From assembly GCA_002245135.1 (NCBI GenBank), contig NGBS01001175.1, positions 1-64,000 on the forward strand: a stretch of 64,000 bases of DNA. Direction: 5' to 3'. The first letter of the stretch is position 1, and each line of letters begins with the position of its first letter. Origin of the DNA: Proteromonas lacertae. Its lineage: Eukaryota. The notes under the pieces were generated by a model. That model was not told the DNA's origin and did not search any database. It was given only the letters and a program-made list of their open reading frames with translations. This document shows positions 25,664 through 39,996 of this stretch, one piece after another. Made by a program: the position numbers and the translations under genes.

Positions 25664-25802
25664 ATAAATGTCTTTCTAATATTTAAATTTCATTTATTTT
25701 ATATAACATATGATGTAAAATTACTGTGAAAAAACATGTTACATTAACTGTAAGAGTGTTAATTTAATATCTTATATCACATCTTATTAATTAACAAATA
25801 TA

Positions 25803-26653
25803 TTAGCTGTTACTAGGAGTAACAATCCTACTAATACTTAAATTCTTATGACTAGCATCAATACCTGAATCTTCATAATCCCATCGGTCTATATTCTCCT
25901 TCAGTCTCTCCAAATTCTTAGTAAATGATAAATCAGTTTTGTCATAATCCAATTTACTCACTTTATCATAATAATTATGTGCTTTATCAACAGCCAATTC
26001 TTGTTGATTTGAAGTAGTTCTTAAAAATATACAATAATTCACTACTAAAGCAATTGTGACTGAATGTTTCATTAAAATGTCACTACTATTTGAAATTTCA
26101 AATGCTTTAAGATAACTATTACCTGCTTCTTCTAAACATTTTATACAATCCTTTTCTTTAGAATATGCCTTTGATTCTATGATATATCGATAATAATCAC
26201 CTTTTGTTTTCAGTAAGAGAGTAAGACTAATATCAGAATATTCATAGTTTGTTAAATGTACATCAATTACGTTGATTAAATCACTGCATCTTGATAGTAA
26301 TTCATTTAAAATACACACTCTGTATTGCGAACACAAATCTGGCTATTTAATATATAAGAAAATATGTAAAATATACTCTATCAAAGTCTAAATCATTCTC
26401 TACTTGAGTAATTTTGTGTAATGATTCTCTTAAACTTTTTATGGTTAAATAATATGCACTAAGAGCTGATTTTAAATTATCTAAACTTAATAACTGTTCT
26501 ATTTTTAACAATTTTAAGGAAGCATAAAAACCCAAATCCTAATAATAAGATTATATATAATAGTACTTTCAAATCTGTTTCTGTACTAATGCTACATAAT
26601 TTAGCAAGAGTATTTAAGTCGTCTAAAGTCTCTATAAATGAAAAATTAATCAT
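25803..26653 (-). CDS. Divergent 14-3-3-like protein A, spliced
   Basis: KTKGDYYRYIIE, IALVVNYCIF and LKENIDRW correspond to 14-3-3 helices 5, 7 and 9. Confidence 0.75.
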
Positions 26654-26806
26654 TAAATTCTTTTTTGTTCGAAATTTTTCGATAACCCAAAATATTAAAA
26701 ACCTCACAATTTCCTTTTAAACCTTAAAAACAAATGTACAAAAACATAACACATTTTATTTAACAAATTTACATTTATTGAAGAAAAATCATTTACATTT
26801 ACACAT

Positions 26807-27623
26807 TTAAACTGTTACTTCATGATGAAGTTGGCTATAACTCATATATTTTCTTTGGTTTCCCAAACCAATATCTTGATGATCCCATTTTTCAATGTTA
26901 TCCTTTAATAGATTCAAATATTTCACTAATTCTGAATCATTCTTGTCATACTCCACATGAGATATACTTTCAAAACATTCAGATGCTTTCTTATATGCTA
27001 ACTGATGTTGTTGATAATTATCACGTAAAAATATTGTAAAATTTACCATAAATGACACTTTACAAGATAATGGGATTGAATCATCTCTTTTATATACTTC
27101 TTCACCATCAAGATATGATTTATATGCACTTTCTATATATTCAGCATAGTTATTATCTTCTGGGTATAGCTCGATAATGTATCTATAATAATCCCCTTTA
27201 ATCTTGTATAAATCCAAGAGAGAATGACTATCATAATCCATAGTAAGTTGGTTTTCATCTATCAGGTCGATCAGCTTTACACAAAGATCACGTAATTCTT
27301 CTTGAACTATTTGATGGTATCTTGATAACAAATCAGGACGAATTTCTGAATCAAAACTCTCTTCTTTCTTAACTATTTCGCTTATTGTCCGCCTAATGTT
27401 CTTTACTACCAAATAATAACTTGATGATGCTAAATGAATTGTTTTAGGTGTTAATTTTTGGCGGCATGATAAGAGTTGTACAGCCGAAGCATAACTTAAA
27501 GCCTACAATAACAATGTGAGAAATAAATACTGTTAAATCCTTTTCACTACTAAAAACGCACAATCCTTCTAACGTATGGATGTCATTAATTTCACTAATA
27601 AAATTAAAAGTGAGAGCCGACAT
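26807..27623 (-). CDS. Divergent 14-3-3-like protein B, spliced (tandem paralog of A)
   Basis: ELRDLCVKLIDLID, YKIKGDYYRYIIE, VNFTIF and LLKDNIEKW. Confidence 0.78.
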
Positions 27624-27709
27624 AAGTAATCTTTAATCAAACTTTTTAATTATTTTGTCCGTTTCAGATTTTAATGAACAGAATATATCACAAATACAAG
27701 ATATTTAAA

Positions 27710-30039
27710 TTATTTTTTACTACTATTATATGTACTATCGATTAAAATGATGGATTTTTTGATATTTAGGTTGATATGAGTCAATTCCTCGTAACTTAAA
27801 CAGTCATGAGATTTCAGGTGTTTATGAAGTTTCATCCCATATTTTGAAATGTCTATATATTCTTTTGTTGATTCAATCAGTGATTTATAAGATATAAGTC
27901 TTTCTTGGAGTTTCATCCTATAAAAAATATAATTTTTAAATAATTATCTAATACAAATTGAATTCTATGCATTTTCTTTCATTTGACAAACATTTAGACT
28001 TAAAATCTTCGCATTGTTTCAGAATTTCATCATATCTAACATTGCACTCCTCCAAATCTGTTTTACATTCATCACTTGTATCAATATCTCCTATATCATT
28101 CAAAAGCTCCATTATTTTCAAACATAATTTTTTAATATAATCTCTATTGAAATTCTCATTCAAATTAACTTCCATTGAATCAACACTTTTATCATCTTCT
28201 AAATTAATAAAACCCTTCATATTATTATATTGCTTTTTACATTTTTCTATTAGTTCCAATTTTGAATAGTGATATTTTGTATTTTTTTCATTGAGGATTT
28301 TATTAATTCTTCATCACTTTTATGATATCTGAAATACAATTTATTGTCAATATCTTCAATCACTTTAAATACATCTGATATTAACGATTTCATGTTACTA
28401 ACATTATTAATATTCACCTTATTATTTGCTTCTGAGATTACTAATGTGTTTATATAATTCTTTGAGTTTTCTAATATTTTGTATATTTCTGATCTACCAT
28501 AGAGTTTTGGATTTGTGTCTAATTTTGCTTCTAATTCTTTTATCAACAGATTCAATTCGAGAAAACAATAATATAACTGTATAACTGTCTATATTTATAA
28601 ATTAATGATATTATTATATATATATACTGTTAATATTATATATTTAGATTGAATATTACTGAATTTGGTTTTATATGTATCTAGTTTATGTTCTACAGAT
28701 AACCATTCAATTATTTTGTTCATATTCCCAACATAAGTTGAAAACACTTTATTATTATCAAATGAATATTCACCAAACATTGCCAACAGAATTTGTTCAA
28801 CTTTTCTATTATAGATATATTAATGATTTTCTAATAATGATATATATATACAGATATAAATTACACAGTTGAACATATTCTGCTTTTTTTAAACTCTAAA
28901 ATTAGTTATAATTAGAATAATAATACATCATATATTCCTGGAGATGCTCTATCAACTTGATCCATTGATAATTCAATGGATAATATCTTATTCAATATCT
29001 CTTGTTTATCATTTATTATAGATTCAAGTGATTGAATATTTTCCACTTTCTTATAATGTAAAAACTGGTTTACTTCTATTATTTCGTCATTTACTGTCTG
29101 TTTCAATATATCTGATATATAATTTGCCCTTTGTATTTGATCTTGATATATTTTAACATGCATTGATAATATAACATATCCAATATTATAATTGAATAAA
29201 CTAAATAATGTTTTAGTAGGCAATTGTAATTCTTTTATTTTTATTAATTGAGTTTTTTTAAATCTCAAATCACGATTATTGTCTAAATCATTCCTTATTT
29301 CTTCACAAGTTGTTGTTATTAATGTATAGAATTTTGGTCTATTAAAATATTTGTCGTATAATTCAAGTAAGTATGTTATTATTGATCTAATATATAATTA
29401 TATATTAAATATACAAATTATCTTCAAGAACATATATTAAACATTCTCTCTATGAAGATATAAACTGAATTAAATACAATTTCTTTTGATTTTATTTGAT
29501 ATAGTAAAACTATATTATTTTTAACTTCTTCTATCTTTCTATTATATTCAGCTATTATTTTGTCATATTCATTCAATGATATATTTGATTCTATAACATC
29601 CTTCATGAATTCGTCAACTTCTTCATAATGATTTGCAAAATCTTCAACTGGTGTGTGTTTTATTGCATCAATTTTCTTTTCATAAAAACTCCTAATCATA
29701 CACAATATAAATACATTATACATTAAATCACATAAATATAATAACGAATTTACAAACCCCTATAATATATTTCTTTTCTATACTATCACATATTTGACTT
29801 GTGAATGATCAATTTCAGGTTCATCATTCATATTATCATTTACAGCAGCTACATATTGAGATACTTCATTTGGTATATATTTTAATATATTCTTATTTAT
29901 TCTAATTAATTTACCTCTATTACATAATACTTTCATTATACATAGTAGGTAATTCTGTATAATTCGTTTTTTCGGGCAATTTGAGATCTTCATCTATTTT
30001 AATTATATTATCTGATAAATCATCGTATGTTTTATCCAT
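27710..30039 (-). CDS. Multi-exon helical/coiled-coil protein of unknown function
   Basis: Chain of same-strand ORF fragments separated by short GT..AG introns; no recognisable motif. Confidence 0.5.
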
Positions 30040-30186
30040 TTTCGAATTATTTACAAATACTTTTTATTATATTTCGAGATAAAGAAAAAAGAAAAATACA
30101 ATCTCCAACGGCTAAAATTTATTATTCAAATATTTTTAACCTAAACTCTGACAAATTAATATCTATATTCGAAAATTTTGTTTAAT

Positions 30187-33100
30187 ATGAGTCAACAGGT
30201 TTATTTTATGTTAATATTGGAGGTTTTGCTACTAGCTTTCTTCAAATCCATTAATTGTAAAGTTATTAAATCAGATGTGTATTCATTGAATGACTTACAC
30301 TCAACTGAAACCACTCGAAGGTATAATATATTTATGTTAATATACGTTATAGAGATAGTAGTATTCTAAAGCAAACATCGTTGAAACGATACTCGTTTGT
30401 TAATAATAGAATCACAAGGAATTTAGAAGAGTTGAATAACGGAGAAGGTGATGTAAAAGAGACAGATTCTGAATCACAGGAAGCAGATACAGAAACTCCA
30501 GAAACAGATATGGATACTTATGAAACAGTTGAAAATACAGATACAGAAAGTCGAACAGAATTGAATACTGAAGAAACTACAGAATTTTTAACTGAGGAAA
30601 ATACAGAAGGAACAACAGAATCTACAACAGAAGTAACAACAGAAACAACTACAGAATCAACAACAGAATCAACAACAGAATCAACAACTGAAATAACAAC
30701 AGATGGGGCAACTAGTGATAGTTCAACAACTGAATCAATTACAGAATCAACTACAGAATCAACAACTGAAATAACAACAGAATCAACTACAGAATCAACT
30801 ACAGAAGCTACTACAGAAGCAACTACAGAAGCAACAACAGAAGTAACTACAGAATCAACAACTGAAATAACAACAGATGGAGCTACTACAGATAGTTCAA
30901 CAACAGAACCAATAACAACAGATGGAATAACTACAGATTCTTCTACAACAGAACCTGTTACAACAGATGGAGCAACTACTGATAGTTCAACAACTGAACC
31001 AATAACAACTGATGGAGCAACTACTGATAGTTCAACAACAGAACCAGTAACAACAGATTCCTCAACAACAGAACCTGTGACAACAGATTCCTCAACAACA
31101 GAACCTATGACAACAGATTCTTCTACAACAGATGGAATAACTACAGATAGTTCAACAACTGAACCAATAACAACTGATGGAATAACAACAGATGGTATAA
31201 CTACTGATAGTTCAACAACAGAACCAGTAACAACAGATTCTTCCACAACAGATGGAATAACTACAGATAGTTCAACAACTGAACCAATAACAACTGATGG
31301 AATAACAACAGATGGTATAACTACTGATAGTTCAACAACAGAACCTGTGACAACAGATTCTTCTACAACAGATGGAATAACTACAGATTCCTCAACAACA
31401 GAACCAGTAACAACAGATTCCTCAGCAACAGATGGAATAACTACAGATTCCTCAACAACTGAACCAATTACAACAGATTCTTCTACAACAGATGGAATAA
31501 CAACAGATGGAATAACTACTGATAGTTCAACAACAGAACCAGTAACAACAGATTCCTCAACAACAGAACCTGTAACAACAGATTCCTCAACAACAGAACC
31601 TGTGACAACTGATTCCTCAACAACAGAACCAGTAACAACAGATTCCTCAACAACTGATGGAATAACAACAGATGGAACAACTACAGATAGTTCAACAACA
31701 GAACCAATAACAACAGATGGTATAACTACTGATAGTTCAACAACAGATGGGGCAACTACAGATTCCTCAACAACAGAACCAGTAACAACAGATTCCTCAG
31801 CAACAGATGGAATAACTACAGATTCCTCAACAACTGAACCTGTTACAACAGATTCTTCTACAACAGATGGAATAACAACAGATGGAATAACTACTGATAG
31901 TTCAACAACAGAACCAGTAACAACAGATTCCTTAGCAACAGATGGAATAACTACAGATTCCTCAACAACTGAACCTGTTACAACAGATTCTTCTACAACA
32001 GATGGAATAACAACAGATGGAATAACTACTGATAGTTCAACAACAGAACCAGTAACAACAGATTCCTTAGCAACAGATGGAATAACTACAGATTCCTCAA
32101 CAACTGAACCTGTTACAACAGATTCTTCTACAACAGATGGAATAACAACAGATGGAATAACTACTGATAGTTCAACAACAGAACCAGTAACAACAGATTC
32201 CTCAACAACAGAACCTGTAACAACAGATTCCTCAACAACAGAACCTGTAACAACAGATTCCTCAACAACAGAACCTGTAACAACTGATTCCTCAACAACA
32301 GAACCAGTAACAACAGATTCCTCAACAACAGAACCTGTAACAACAGATTCTTCAACAACAGAACCTGTAACAACTGATTCCTCAACAACAGAACCAGTAA
32401 CAACAGATTCCTCAGCAACAGATGGAATAACTACAGATTCCTCAACAACTGAACCTGTTACAACAGATTCTTCTACAACAGATGGAATAACAACAGATGG
32501 AATAACTACTGATAGTTCAACAACAGAACCAGTAACAACAGATTCCTTAGCAACAGATGGAATAACTACAGATTCCTCAACAACTGAACCTGTTACAACA
32601 GATTCTTCTACAACAGATGGAATAACAACAGATGGAATAACTACTGATAGTTCAACAACAGAACCAGTAACAACAGATTCCTCAACAACAGAACCTGTAA
32701 CAACAGATTCCTCAACAACTGAACCTGTTACAACAGATTCTTCTACAACAGATGGAATAACAACAGATGGAATAACTACTGATAGTTCAACAACAGAACC
32801 AATAACAACAGATGGAGCAACTACTGATAGTTCAACAACAGAACCAATAACAACAGATGGAGCAACTACTGATAGTTCAACAACAGAACCAGTAACAACA
32901 GATTCCTCAGCAACAGATGGAATAACTACAGATTCCTCAACAACTGAACCTGTTACAACAGATTCTTCTACAACAGATGGAATAACAACAGATGGAGCTA
33001 CTACAGATAGTTCAACAACAGAACCAATAACAACAGATGGTATAACTACTGATAGTTCAACAACAGATGGGGCAACTACAGATTCCTCAACAACAGAACC

Positions 33101-35365
33101 AGTAACAACAGATTCCTCAACAACAGAACCAATAACAACAGATTCTTCTACAACTGATGGAATAACTACAGATTCCTCAACAACAGAACCTGTTACAACA
33201 GATTCTTCTACAACTGAGCCAATAACAACAGATGGAGCAACTACTGATAGTTCAACAACTGAACCAATAACAACAGATGGAACAACTACAGATAGTTCAA
33301 CAACAGAACCTGTTACAACAGAATCAACTACTACTTTATTTACACCAGTTTTAATTTTTGGATTATGTAGTTATAGTTCAAATTCTTACAATTTTCCTAT
33401 AAAAGATAGTTATGACACTATTGCTCCTTCCTTATCCACAGCAACTTCATATACCTTTGTTAGAAATAACAAAACATCATATATATCAATCAACAATAAC
33501 AATGGAATAATAACAGTATCAAATTCACAAGTGTTTCATGATTATATATCCATAAGATGTTCAAATACAACTCATTATAGTGTTACTACAATTGATATTG
33601 AGATATACAATAACGAACTACCAATTTCACTTGTTCCAATATATATGCCAGGATATTTTCAATTAGATACAATCCCATTACATCCTTTATCATTTTTAGT
33701 AACATACCAAAATTTTAATCCAAATAATAGAGCTACATTGAAAATATCATCCAATGAATCATATATAAACGAAGTGAATTTACAATTGTCATCAGTATCA
33801 GGTTCGACAATTGAATTTTCAAATTCTGATATAAGATTGACATTATCCAATGTAATAGATGATAGTGTTACTTCAATACCAATTAGTATAATACTAACAG
33901 TTATTAATAATGACAATAAGAATTATATAAAAAATTTTGAGTCTGAAATAAAGATTAATGATAGTATATTTCATTTATTATTATATTTATTATTATATAT
34001 AGAATGTAATTACAGAGATGAATATGGAGTATGTTGCAACGTTGGACAAATATGTGCTATTTTAGAACTTCAATTCTCATTTGTTATTACTTCTGAAAAT
34101 GCTAATCTTGTAAATATAAATAACGAAATAATTAATATATTTAATAAACTAACAACTGCTTATAATATAACAAGCAAAGAAGTTAATAAGAATGAATTAG
34201 GATATACAGTATCATATAAACCATCAACAATAAGAAGGAACTTAAGACATTTACAGAATAGTGGAAGATATTATGATGAAATAATTAGTGCAAGTCAAAA
34301 CCTATTGAAAAATTCAACATTCTTCAATGAACTAGAGAATGAAGGAATATCAAAGAATATTAATATTGATGCAGATATTAAGAATAATGAGGATATAGTC
34401 ATTGATTATATTTCACAATCATCTCAATCATGGTGGGATAAAAATGTATTTTAATATTATTATCATTTTATTGTTCTTATAGAAAACAACGTTTATAATA
34501 GTAATAATTGCAGTGATTGTAGTTATTGCATTAATCAGTTTAGTTGTTTGTTTTGCTCTAATGAATAGGAATAATCATAACAAAACAAGATTAATGAAAT
34601 ATGAAGCTGTATATATAATAATTATTATTATTATCAATAGAAAATCACTCCATTAAATGAGGTATACAACCCTTATAATAAAGATAAGATTTGTTATGAA
34701 GGATTCTTATTGAAACAAGGTAGAAACAGAGTGAATATGGGTAATGGAAGTGATTATCAAAGAAGGTATTGTGTATTATTCAATGAACCAAAAGATTTCA
34801 GAATATATGAAACTATGATTCCTTCATTTTATGGAAATGTTTTCATCAATGAGAAACAAAGTGTAGAAATGAATTGTTTTAGAGATATTAGGAGAGAAAC
34901 TGCTAATACATTTATAGTGAAATTTGAAGTGAAGAGTAGTGTTGATAAAGCATTAAAAGCAGCTGAAGGCGATGAACAAAAAGAAGAAAGAATTTATAGA
35001 TTTAGATGTGAAGATAATGCTGTAATGAATGAATGGATTAAACAGTTTGAATCATTTAAGACAAATACAAATAAAGCAACAATTGTTAAAGATATTGATG
35101 ATTATCAAACAATAGGTAAAATAAAGACTGTTGCTGTTGTTAATAAAGAGCAGAAAAAAGTGGAATATTTAGAATCAAATTATGTTATTGCTGATTCTAA
35201 TATTGTATCTGCAGATCGTATATATATTTATCTCTAATTATTATATCAATAGCTAACCATACAAAGATTAGAGCTTTAGCACAGAAAAAGAAGAGAATTG
35301 AAGATGAAAGAGCTAATATGGCGCCTAGAAGGAAAAGATATCATCATCCTAAAGGCAATAATTAA
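30187..35365 (+). CDS. Type I membrane mucin-like protein with signal peptide, ~900 aa Thr-rich stalk, beta-rich ectodomain, single TM and cytoplasmic PH domain; spliced
   Basis: Hydrophobic N-terminus, TTDSS/TTEPV/TTDGI repeats, TM FIIVIIAVIVVIALISLVVCFALM (~34490-34563), and PH-like YEGFLLKQG...QRRYCVLF...YRFRCEDNAVMNEWIKQF. Confidence 0.75.
30600..33330 (+). repeat. Coding 15-nt (pentapeptide) minisatellite with higher-order repeats
   Basis: Units encode TTDSS, TTEPV/I, TTDGI/A and TTES; 31981-32220 recurs at 32461-32700. Confidence 0.95.
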
Positions 35366-35561
35366 TTCTTCCAATGAATAATAAAAGAATGAATATTAAT
35401 AAGATAATTTTTTCATAATATATATAATTAAAATTAAAATTTTCGTTAAAGTTGTTTATTTGGTGATAAAATTGTGATTGACAATAATTACATGTAATTT
35501 ACAACTTTTATATGTTTTGTTTTTTCTCCTTTTATAATTATATATATTAACAATAAACTCA

Positions 35562-38500
35562 ATGAGCATTATATCTCCATCGCCAATGTATGTATTTCTG
35601 CAATCTATCTCGTAATTAGTATTTATAAACTAGATTTAGTTAATTTTATGATTTATGAGAAATTTCAAATATATTTTAGAGAAGGATTGAATTTAGTAAT
35701 GGGACCAAATGGATGCGGTAAAGTATTTTACTTAATTTATACATTTCTCTAATTAGAGTACTATAGTTGCCGCTATTAAGCTAGCATTAGGCTCTTCACC
35801 ATCTGAATGTGGAAGAGGAAATGATATATCAAATTATATAAGAAACAATGCAACTCCTGAATCTCCTTCAACAATTGCCCTAATAATACATAATCCTACT
35901 AAATGTGATTCTATATATGTATTTATATTTATTATATAATATATAACAGAAACATGTGAATTGTTTAGGTCAAATCTACTTCAATCTCAGAACAAAGACT
36001 AGAAAGCTTATTGATAACAATATTCATGTATATAAAATATCGGATTATAATCATAATAGTTGACAGATCCAAAATTAATTAACAAATACATAGAAGAAAC
36101 CTACCATTTCAATTCAAACAACATTTTCCATATATTAACACAAGAATATATATCTAAATTACTATCTCCATTGAATTCTACTAATCTTAGGGAAATTGAA
36201 CAATCACTTGATAATGAACTAGTATAATCTTATATATATATATATATATAATAGTATAATAAACATTCAAGATTAATAAGTTATGTAAAAGAGATAAATA
36301 GCAGTATGGATGAAATATGTAAAATAAAAAGAAATATAATAGAAATTGATACAAAAATAAATGTATAAATTTATAATATATATATATATATGAATTAGAA
36401 AACTAAAGAATTATCAAAGAAATTAGAACTATCCAGTGATATTGATAAGAAGATAGAATTATCAGTATGTTTTATAAAATGGAATTTATATAAAGAAACA
36501 AAAACTGATTTTGCAAATCTGTTACAAGTATATAACTCAATACAATCCGATGAGATGAGTAGAATGAAAATAGAAGGATATAAAAGAGAATTAATTCGTT
36601 TAGAAGAAGTGAACGACCAATATTTGAAACAAATTGAACCATATGAAGATAACTTATATAGCAAAGTGTTAGAATTATCAAATAAAGTGATAGAAACTAC
36701 TAGTGGAGTATAATTATCAATACATTCACATTTTATTTGTTTATTTATATAGAATAACAATCCTGATATAGTTTTACTGAAAATAAAAGATAAAATCAAT
36801 TTCTTAAACGAATTAATTGAAGAGAAACAAGAATATTTAAATAAATTCGAAACAGCAGAAATACAAACAGATTCACCAAATATAAAATCAGTAGATAGTA
36901 AAATGAAGGAAGTAAAAGAGGAAATAAAAGAGTGTAGAGATAGAATTATTGAAAATCTAGATGATGTAGAAGTTACAGAAAGAGAATTATCAATCTTTAA
37001 AAATTCATCCCCACTTACATCAAGACAACCAGATAGATTCTATAACGAATCTGTTATTCCATTTGGAAATCAATACTTTTATACTCAACTGACATTAATT
37101 GATAATAAAATTAATAATTATTTTTCTCCTATTTATTCATATATATGTATTGAAGTGGCATTATATAGTTACATTTTACAATATGAAGTTGGATTAGCAA
37201 CTTTGCTAGGAGTATTATGTTGTAGTAACGACGATGCTTATAAATTGAGATTATATTGTAGAAATAATAGTATAAAAAATATTTCAGTATTTTGTTATAC
37301 TAATAATTCTAAGGATGAGATAAAAGATGAGATTAATCCATCAGATTTAAAACAGTTTGGAATTGCATCACCTTTTATTGACGTATTAATATTATTTTTA
37401 TTATTTAAGAGTATAAAAGTTGATAAAGGAGCTAATGATTTAAAAAAGTTCCTTATTCTACAGTTCAGTATAATAATATCCTTATGTTTATACAAATAGA
37501 TCTAAATCGTATATATATTTCTCATTCAAAATTCAAGCCAAATTTGTTTATAAAGTATTTACAGAACAATAAAAGTAAATTCTTTAATAATCAATCAAAT
37601 ACTATTAGAATATATACATCAAGAGAAAGATATTCATATAATTTAATAAGAGGCAAATATGTTACTGAGAATGTGGAAAGTTTTAAATTTGATAATGATT
37701 CGTTATTGATTCAGTCACATTCCTTTAGAAGAAGAGTATATATATATATATATTATATTCATAATAGATTCAGATTCAGGAAGATTCAACTAGCTATAAC
37801 ACACAACTAGTAAAATATGAAGAAAAATTAAAAGCATTATATGATGATAATAAAGAATTGAATAGCAGATTGAATGAATTAGAAACAGAGTATAATGACT
37901 TAAGAAAACAAACGAATAAAGTAAAATATTGTGAATATACTAAAAAACAGATTTTAGAAAATGTATTTAGTTTAATATTTCTATATTTGACTTAGATAAA
38001 AGAGTATAGAAAAGAAATTACAGAACTTGTAGAAAAACAAAATGAACTACAATCAAATCCAAATACATACTGTATATTTCAATGATATTTTTATTAAAAT
38101 AGTTGTTGTATGTAAAGATGTCTGTACAAATCTAAACTCGATGGTTTCAGTAATGAAAAACTATGAAAAAGTTGTTATTATATCATTATTGGCAAAAGAT
38201 ATTGATATTATCAGAATGTCTCTTGAAAAAAATATAAAGAGCGAAGAAAATAACATAACTACTATATTTGATATGAAAAGTGAGAAATTGAGGAGTTTAG
38301 AAATGTATAAGACACAGTTACACCAATCTTTTGTATATATATTATTAAAGTTATTGTATTATACATAGAGTGAAGCAATGACTAGTTTGCATCTTGAAAC
38401 TATAAAAATGGTTATTGATAACTGTCCTTTTCTTGATGTTGATTATTATACTTATGTATTTGATTAATTAATTCTTCTATATTTTATATTAGATTGTTCC

Positions 38501-39490
38501 AAATGAATATAAGAAATATGATATACCAACTCCACAATTGGAACATAACATCCAACTATACTTGAATACAAAGAAAAAACTGGAAGATAATTCAAAAGAT
38601 GATTTTAGACCATCAAAATCTGATTATTCTGATTTAGGAACAAAAAAGGTTGAATTATATGAATTGTATTATTTATATATAGTTATGATTGCATAGAAGT
38701 CAGAATTTTAATAAGTTAGAAGAATCATTTAGATCACTTTTATATGAATGGTACAAAGGAATTACATCAAAAATACAAAACATTAATCAAACCTTAGAGA
38801 ATTATATAGATGATAATATAGTAAATGAAAATGAAATACAATCATTTTTACTGAATTTAGATCCTTCATTGTTAGATTTAGATACTCCAATTGAGTATGA
38901 TTATATATTATAATTATATGATGAATAGAACTTTGACTAATTTTATTACCTCCTCAAAAGTAGTATTTAGAAATACAAAAGGATCTATTCCTCCATCTTT
39001 ACTATCAAATGGTGAAAAAGCATTTCAAATATGTTTATTGTTATTAGCTATGAGACAAGATTTAAATTCACCGTTTTGTATAATAGATGAGATTAATCAA
39101 GGAATGGATGAGAATCTTGAATTTATATTTTATCAGATGTTATTTAAAGATTTGTCAAATCAAAAATCACAGTATTTGTTATTCACTCCTCATTATAATG
39201 TTCAATTTCACAGTTTTCTTGCTTCTTCAAAGTATAATATCTTCCACATTTATTATTATTAATATAGTGTTGATGAAGTAGTAAAGGTCACAACTCATCA
39301 CCTTTTGATTGGAGAACATATTCCAACAATTAGTATATATATATATATATATATATATTCCTTTTTAGCAATTTATTTTAATTCAATAATTACAGAATAT
39401 GAAAATGAACTAACAAAACGAAAAAGGAAGAGAGAAGAAGAAGAAGAAGAAGAGAATCAAGAAAAAGTAAAAATAACAAAAACTGAATAA
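35562..39490 (+). CDS. SMC5: SMC5-like protein, divergent, many short introns (3' end uncertain)
   Basis: N-terminal LVNFMIYE...GLNLVMGPNGCGKSTIVAAI and C-terminal LSNGEK...SPFCIIDEINQGMD; DEINQGMD is characteristic of SMC5. Confidence 0.8.
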
Positions 39491-39568
39491 TATTGTATAT
39501 TGTTCTTTTATGCTAAATTTCATAAAAATATGTAATTAAACACTATAGAAAAATGTGACTATCTCGAG

Positions 39569-39785
39569 ATTTTAATATCATTTTTTCTTCTACATCAGAT
39601 AAATTTAGCACTTTCATCATTTTAATATCATCTTCATATTGTACAACTAAAACTACTTCATTAACACTCTTTTCTATTTTTTCTTTTATCTATTCAAAAG
39701 AATTCAAAAACAGTACCTTCACATTAGGCGGAAATACAGATTTCATTACACTATCACTATCATGTAAAAATGAAAAATTAAACAT
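39569..39785 (-). pseudogene. 5' fragment of the pseudokinase-LRR paralog, cut at the duplication's inner breakpoint
   Basis: Mirror of 20671-20881; homology stops at ~39569. Confidence 0.65.
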
Positions 39786-39996
39786 TTTCAAACTTGTTTG
39801 ATGTTTCAAAATATTTATTCGTTTGACGAGGCTTAAATATACAGAAATGTCTATTTATAAACAGAATATTGTTTTTCTTTTCATTTTATTTTCACATTAA
39901 ACATTTCTTCTTTCATTTGCAATAATCAAATCAAATCAAACAACAATTAATAATATGATTTCAATTAACAAGAAGAACAATTGTATTTCATTAAGC

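Noticed and set aside
30600..33330. Repeat array as a CRISPR-like or non-coding satellite
   Set aside because: There are no unique spacers; it is an in-frame coding pentapeptide repeat in a eukaryotic gene.
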